Assembly (NCBI GenBank): GCA_002245135.1
Contig: NGBS01000872.1
Span: forward strand, 310,001 to 374,000
DNA length: 64,000 nt
Source: Proteromonas lacertae
Lineage: Eukaryota
Reading direction: 5' to 3'
Shown here: positions 57,212 to 64,000 of the stretch, in pieces
Position numbering within the stretch: position 1 is the first letter of the stretch
How the letters are laid out: every line of letters starts with the position of its first letter
Program-made: the position numbers and the translations under genes
Notes under the pieces: generated by a model
The model's database searches: none
Seen by the model: the letters and a program-made list of their open reading frames with translations, nothing else
Told to the model about the DNA's origin: nothing

Positions 57212-59214
57212 ATGCCTAAAAGGAAAAAACAGACATTTAAGATTCCACAGAATCTACTAACTAAATTAAATCAGGTTACACCTTGTATTTTATATATTTT
57301 ACATATTAGTCTCAATTTCTGAGTTACACGCACTTGCTGATATGTTTTTAGAATTGACTCATGAAGAACATGTAACTGAAAAATTAATCAGAATTGCAAG
57401 AAGGGTTTCGTCAATACCTTCTCAACTGGAACAAGTTAAGAAAGATGTAACACCAATTCTATGTATTATATCAGTTTATTTATATAAAATCATAGATCCT
57501 TATGGTGTTAAGTTGCCAGGTACTGACATTCCTTTTTACGGTATATAATATTGATATTAACCAAAATAATAGTACCTATTGAACCAGAAAAGCCTGAAGT
57601 ATTGAATATTGATTTCTCAAGCAGATTTCTAAAAGCAAGCCAAAGAGAAAGTATGTAAATATAGAACTTGTTTTTTTAACAAATGAATAGAAACATTAGA
57701 GAAATTGGATAAAGTAACAGGAAGAAAGAAGACAAGAGAAGTATTTGTTATATATATTGTTTATATATTATTAGAGTTTCAATAAACCAATTTCAGTATT
57801 TTCTAATAAAGATAGAATCTCAGAAACAAATAAGAGTTTTATAAGTACAAGAAGCAGTAGAAATTATACTATGGTAAAAGCAGATAGAAAAATCACAAGT
57901 AGATCAATTGGCACATCTCATAGAAGAACAACTTATGATAAAAGATTGACAAAAGCATTACATGTAGCAACAGCTTTTACTAATCCAAACAGAGTATTAA
58001 CAGCTCATCAATCAAGAGTAGATAGTTCAATTCCATCAGCTGTAATGTCTCCAAAGAATGGTAGTGGTATGGTAAAACGTTTAGATTTGAAGAAATCAAA
58101 TTATCCAAATACAAGACATAGTATATTTATATTTATTATTGTTATTTAGAATCAAGAATGACAATGTCCAGACAAAAGTCATATTTAAGTACAGTTGAAT
58201 CATCTGAAGCTAGTAGATCAAATATGTCAAGTAGATCAGGAAGAAAATCCAAATCATTAAGAATAAGAGGTTCTAGTTTTAGATTAGCATTATCTAGAAC
58301 ACCAAGTTTTAAATTAGAAGTGAGTATATATTCATTTATCTTTTATTTTATTTTTTTAGCTGAAAAGTTAGTTCCAGTTGAAGAAGTAAAGAATCAATAT
58401 AAATCAACTCCATTTGAAAAACTCTATATTTCACTATCAACTATGAATAATTGTTGTTATTTATCATCTATTCCTTTATTATATACAATAATTAGACATA
58501 GATTGTTATTTAAATCAACTCAAAGATGTTTTAATGAAGAATATGATTATACACTTGATAAAAAGAAATCTAAATCAAAAGAAGATGAAAAGAAAGAAGA
58601 AAATAAGAAAGACAAAAAAGATGAAGAAAAGGATGAAAATGAAAAAGATGAAAAGAAAGATGAAAAGAAAGAAGAGAAAGAAGAAAGTGGAAAAAGGGAT
58701 AATGATAGTAATAATGATAAGAATGAAGAAAAAGAGAAAAAAGAAGAAAAGAAAGATGAAAAAGATGAAAAAATAAAATCACCTAAAACTCCACCACCTC
58801 CAGAAGAACCACCAGTTGAATATAAAGAACAAATATCAAAATATAAATATCCAGAAATACCACCATTAGTTCGTAGTGATAAGAAAATAGATTTCATTGA
58901 TTTTGTATTGATATTTTCTGTTTTTAGTCCAACTGTTGAATTTGATCATAAAGTTGAATGTATATATCTATATATTATCTATGTATATTATAGTGGCATA
59001 TGACAGCTATGATTATGACTTGGATGGAATAATTGGAAAGAATGATTTGTTTGCGACTTATCGTGTATTGTTTAAACCAAACATAAATGATGCACAAGTA
59101 AGAAATTTAGTAAGTACGGTATTTGAACCTCAACAAAAGCAGATTACTTTTGAACAATTTAAAAAATTCACTGAAGATGAAAATTTTCTAGATCATTATA
59201 CATTATATTATTAA
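57212..59214 (+). CDS. Multi-exon protein with Lys/Glu/Asp-rich region and C-terminal EF-hand (calcineurin-B-like)
   Basis: ATG at 57212; exons linked by short introns. KIDFIDFVLIFSVF...KVELAYDSYDYDLDGIIGKNDL...ITFEQF. Confidence 0.65.
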
Positions 59215-59395
59215 TTTAAGTTATTCGATATAGTTTATTATTTGTTTTTGTTATATATGAAATAAGAAAAAGAATTGATATTTTCAATTTAAATAGTTAA
59301 TACTAATATCAATATATTATGCTCATTATGATAAATTTTTAAATAAAATAAAACCCATATTAAAAATATCAAAACATAATATATATATATAACAA

Positions 59396-60639
59396 TTAAT
59401 AAGGTGAATGTAAATAATCAACAAGTTTTTCTGCAGTTAATCTTGATTGAGGATCATAAACAATACATTTATGCACTAAACCGTCCAAAAATGAAGAATA
59501 ACCAGTCAATTCTGGAATATTTGCACTTTCAATTTCTTTCATTATTGCAACAATATTACTTCCACTAAAAGGTAATTTCAAAGTACATAATTCAATAATA
59601 ATACAACCAAATGCCCATATATCAACACTCGAATCATATTTCTCTTCTTTAAACATCTCTGGAGCCATATAACTTGGAGTACCAATAAATGTTGAACATG
59701 AAACACTTTCATTATCTATCATTTTAGCAATACCAAAATCACCAATCACACATTTTCCTTTATCTAAAAATATATTTCCAGGTTTTAAATCACGATGTAC
59801 TATATTGTGTTTATGTATAAATAATATTCCATTTGCAATATCTGTTATATATTTCAATATTTCATTCTCTGGAATTGGAGTATTTTCTTCTTTATGTTTG
59901 TTTATTATTTCTAATAAATCACCATCTCTACAATAATTCATTACTAAATAATAATAATCACCTTGCTGAAAACCGTCCATATATTGAATAACATTTGGAT
60001 TCTCTGGTAATGCTGATAATATTTTCATCTATTCATTAAAAAAAATGGTAATAAACTAATATTTATATACTTCTTCTTGTAACATTTTCTTCACATTATC
60101 TTGGTATTTCTTTGTATTCATCTTTTTCATTACAAATGTAAAACTTTCACAACTAACTAAATAGGCAGTAGCATAAGAACCACTGCCTAATGGAGGATCA
60201 TATAAAATATACTATTAATATAACAATAATTAAAATACAGTATGAAATTCATTCTTTACTATATGATCTGTTAAAATAAAATCACCATTTGGTGTAGATG
60301 CATAATCATGAGGAGGTGTTGGAATATCTGATGCAGATATTTCATTTGGTTGTGGATTCAAATAACTGTGTTCAAATGGAGGTGCTAAACTATCACTGTA
60401 ACTTTGATTTAGATTATTATTTGATGGTAGTGGTTGAATATAACTTTGATTAATTGGTTGTGGTGGTTGAATATAACTATTACCCATTGGAAGCGGTGGT
60501 TGATAACTTTGACCTATTGCATTATTAACTGGAAGATTATTTGATTGTTGTACATTAGGCAATGGTATTGAAGGTCTTACACTATTCTGATTAATTGTGG
60601 CTGATGAAACACCTGGTGGAGTTATTGTTAATCTGCTTA

Positions 60640-60674
<35 letters not shown>

Positions 60675-61558
60675 GCAACAGGCGGTAAATAGGAACTTCT
60701 TGTATTATTATTATTATTATTGTATGGTGTTGTATTATTCATCATCATAGGTGAAACATATGATTGATTTGGAATTTGTGGTATATTCAAGCAAGTTTGA
60801 TTTATATTTCCACTTGTATTGATATAGTTGAATTGATTAGATGCTACAGTAGTTGTAAATAATGGATTCGATGATATATTAGGTTTAGGTAATATCTTTA
60901 CTTCAATACAACCTCTATAATATAATTATATATAAAATATATACAATAATCTCCAAACTCTATCAACGTAATAACATATATAATTTAAGTATACTATAAG
61001 ATATATAATTATATTCACAATATTATTATACAATTTTCTTTTTCAGATATAAATATTGAGTAAATCTGATTCATTGTGTTTATATCTTTTGATATTTTCA
61101 TTGATTCAAAGATATGGTTTAGAATTTCATACTTTTTAAGATCATTTCCCCACTTTTTAAAACGTCTATCATAATGATCATTTAAATTATAAGTACTGGT
61201 CTTATTATCATACACAAATCCAAAGTAAAATAACACAATGAGAATTAATCTATCATGAATGTCCTTTAAAACTTTACTACTTTCTATTTCTATATCTTTT
61301 AAAACGCATAATCAATACTTAGTGTCAATTGAAGGTTTTTGTAACACAGATGATTCTATTGCTTTTATAATAAACTAAATATACTAATATCGAGTCAAAA
61401 TTGTTTTCAATAACAGCATAATTCAGTTTATTGGTTGTGAATTGGTCTAGACAGTAAAGAAGTATAAAATACTGTAAAACTGAAGATATTCACTTTCCTA
61501 TTTCATAATATTATAAAATGATGGTTATATAATTTTTAAATAGTTATACGATAGACAT
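59396..61558 (-). CDS. NEK-like Ser/Thr kinase with Asn/Pro/Gln-rich linker and N-terminal OGFr-like region
   Basis: LGSGSYATAY, VMKK, HRDLKPGNIF, GDFGIAK, GTPSYMAPE, DIWAFGC. Upstream exons are connected by GT-AG introns; the junction near 60890-61000 needs indel correction. Confidence 0.7.
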
Positions 61559-61706
61559 TTAAAATGTTGACAAGCTATTCCAACAAAAATAAAAAAAAAA
61601 CAGAATCAAGCTTTTCACAAGCTTCATATTTTACTAAACTGTTATATATTCACAATTGTGAATTGATAAAACCATATATCAATTTGATTTAATCAATCAA
61701 TAATAG

Positions 61707-63231
61707 ATGGGTTCATTCACATCGTCCATATTACCAAATTATACTGTATTTGTTATAAATTATGTTTTAGATTGTTGAAACATTCAAAAAAGGTTTAGAG
61801 AGCGATTTATTTGTGGTTAAAAGTAAAGATAATGAAACAAGGCTTTTGAAGACAATATCAACAACCAGCTTAACTAGTAGTACAATAAAATCATTTATCA
61901 CAAGAACTACTCAGATTAATAAATTAAATAACATAAATATCATGAAATATCATGAAATTAGTGAGAGTAATGGTCTTATCTGTACAGTAATGAAGAAATA
62001 TGACTATTCACTTATAAATCTCGACAATCCAGCAGAATATTTCAAAAATAATAAATACAGTGTAATTAACAGTGTATGTAATGGAATTATGGCTATACAC
62101 AATGAAGGATTATATCATGGAAATATAAAACCTTCCAACATACTATTCAACTTATCAAATGATTTATTTGTTGTAAGTGATTATTTAAGAAATGATTTGA
62201 ATATTAATTCATCATCTGGTATTCCAATGAACTTAGATAATATTAGTTACATATCACCAGAAGCATTATCAAATAAAGAGATAGGTAAAGAAAGTGATAT
62301 TTGGTGTATTGGATGTATTTATTATTATATTATAATTGGACATAATATATTTGAAGGAAAAACAATTATTGAGATAGGAAATAAAATATTGAATTGTAAT
62401 TATGATAAACCAGATAATTTTGAAGATTTAAAAGCGATATTAAAGAATACCATTAACAAAAATGTGAATGATAGAATTGATATTGAAAAGCTGATATTGT
62501 TGCTTGATGATATAAAACTAAAAGAATTACCAACTTCACCGATTTGTGATGATACTAGAGTAGATTTACCTACATTTATATACTCAAAAATATCAAGTGA
62601 TAAAAGTATATATTATATATATTAGAATAATAATGTAAATAGAAGATCAAATAGATAAAACAATTATTGATTATAAGAGTAAAGAAAAAACAGAATTGAA
62701 CTTCAGTGATAGTATGAATAAATGAATATAATTATTATGTATTTGTTATTTATAGTGGATATTGGTGATAGTGGTGTAGAATATATATGTTATCAACTCA
62801 ATACACTTAGACATATTAAAGAATTGAATCTAAATTGTATTTACCATTCTATTCTATTTCAAAATAGTATGTAAAATTAATGATAGTGGTTTAGAATGTT
62901 TATCAAATCATTTCAAGTATATTCCAGAATTAGAATCTTTGTGGATTGGTAGTAATAATATAACAGATGATGGGTTGAAACATTTGAGTAAAAACTGTAA
63001 ATATATACAAAAATTGAAGAAATTAGGATTAGCAAGTATAATTTTAGATATTTAATATGTATAGATAATAAGATATCAGATATAGGAGGTTATATTCTAG
63101 CTGAATGTTTAAAAGAATGTAGAGAATTGAATGTGTTGTGGATAAATGAAAATGTAGTTATAAAAAAAGAAAAGATAGAAGAGAGAATAAAAGAGAATCA
63201 CTCAAACAAAACATTATTTATCTCCATTTAA
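61707..63231 (+). CDS. Pseudokinase domain followed by RNI-like LRRs
   Basis: HGNIKPSN replaces HRD, SDYL replaces DFG; YISPE and DIWCIG are kept. Then LNLNxCKINDSGLECL and LWIGSNNITDDGLKHL. Confidence 0.75.
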
Positions 63232-63270
63232 TAGATAGTAGTAATAATTGATAAGAAATATTATTAACTG

Positions 63271-64000
63271 TTATTCTATATTCAAGAATTCTTTTGATAA
63301 TTCTTTCTTTTCTTCTTCTGAAATTCCATCTAATTTTATCGTAACAATTGATGAAAATGTTTCTAAGAATGATTTTAATTTTTTTTTATCAATATTTTCT
63401 TTTACTGTTATTGATAATTCAACCAAATTATCAAATACTTCTTTGTTTCTTTTCATTAATCTCAATTCTCTTTCATCTAATTCATTTTTGGAGAGATTTA
63501 TCTTTTCTAATGGTTTATAATTTTTTAATCTTTTTATTAACATTTTCAATCCTTTTTCACTCATTCCAATATCTATTTGAATAAGAATAATATATTATAT
63601 TCATAAAATACTAGATAGATTTAATGATAAATTTAATAATTTTCCTATAACAAATTTATCAATATACTTACACATTATATCTATTCCTTCATCACCAATT
63701 GGATTATTATTAACTACAATATTATCTGCATTTTTTGATAATAAATTCATTAATTCATTAAATCCTTTTGAACTAATTCTATTGTTGGATAAATTAAGTG
63801 TTTTATAATTAATCCTTTTAATTTTAGAAATATGAGAATCATTCAAATCCATATCTATTCAGTTATTATATTTACTTTATACTTGAAAAATCATAAAAAT
63901 AATCTCCGAAAAGGTCATTTCTTTTCTTTTCAATACAATAATTCAAATAATACTCCAATTCTTCATTTGTCCATGATGAACATTTCATTTGAATAAATGG
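63271..64000 (-). CDS. RNI-like LRR protein (5' end outside window)
   Basis: LNLSNNRISSKGFNEL, VNNNPIGDEGIDIM, INLSKNELDE; short introns. Confidence 0.7.

Overview
This is eukaryotic nuclear DNA, not prokaryotic. It is very AT-rich and gene-dense, with about 30 genes. The genes are broken by many tiny (mostly 25-35 nt) GT(AT)...TAG spliceosomal introns and separated by intergenic gaps of about 60-300 bp. Intron size, GT-rich tracts after stop codons and three mastigoneme-like EGF genes suggest a stramenopile, possibly an opalinatan gut protist such as Proteromonas or Blastocystis (inference). Recognisable genes are CMS1, PIS1, a kinesin, an LRR/Cys-rich/multi-TM receptor, a zf-4CXXC-like + 2x(PHD-bromo) reader, Bax inhibitor-1, APH-1, three Old Yellow Enzymes, eIF3g, Rpn13, a giant NDK/Dpy-30/adenylate kinase fusion, a dual-specificity phosphatase, Fip1, a MYND-prefoldin-1 fusion, a DPP4-family peptidase, kinases and LRR proteins. 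The best finding is absent from the ORF track: a two-exon gene at 31220-31469 encoding a 74-aa two-helix membrane protein. It begins Met-Cys-UGA and is followed directly by a well-formed type II SECIS element (31470-31553), so it is a candidate selenoprotein with Sec at residue 3 that I cannot assign to a known family. Many genes carry single-base frameshifts, mostly insertions, which are probably long-read assembly errors. Gene ends and exon structures were assembled by eye.
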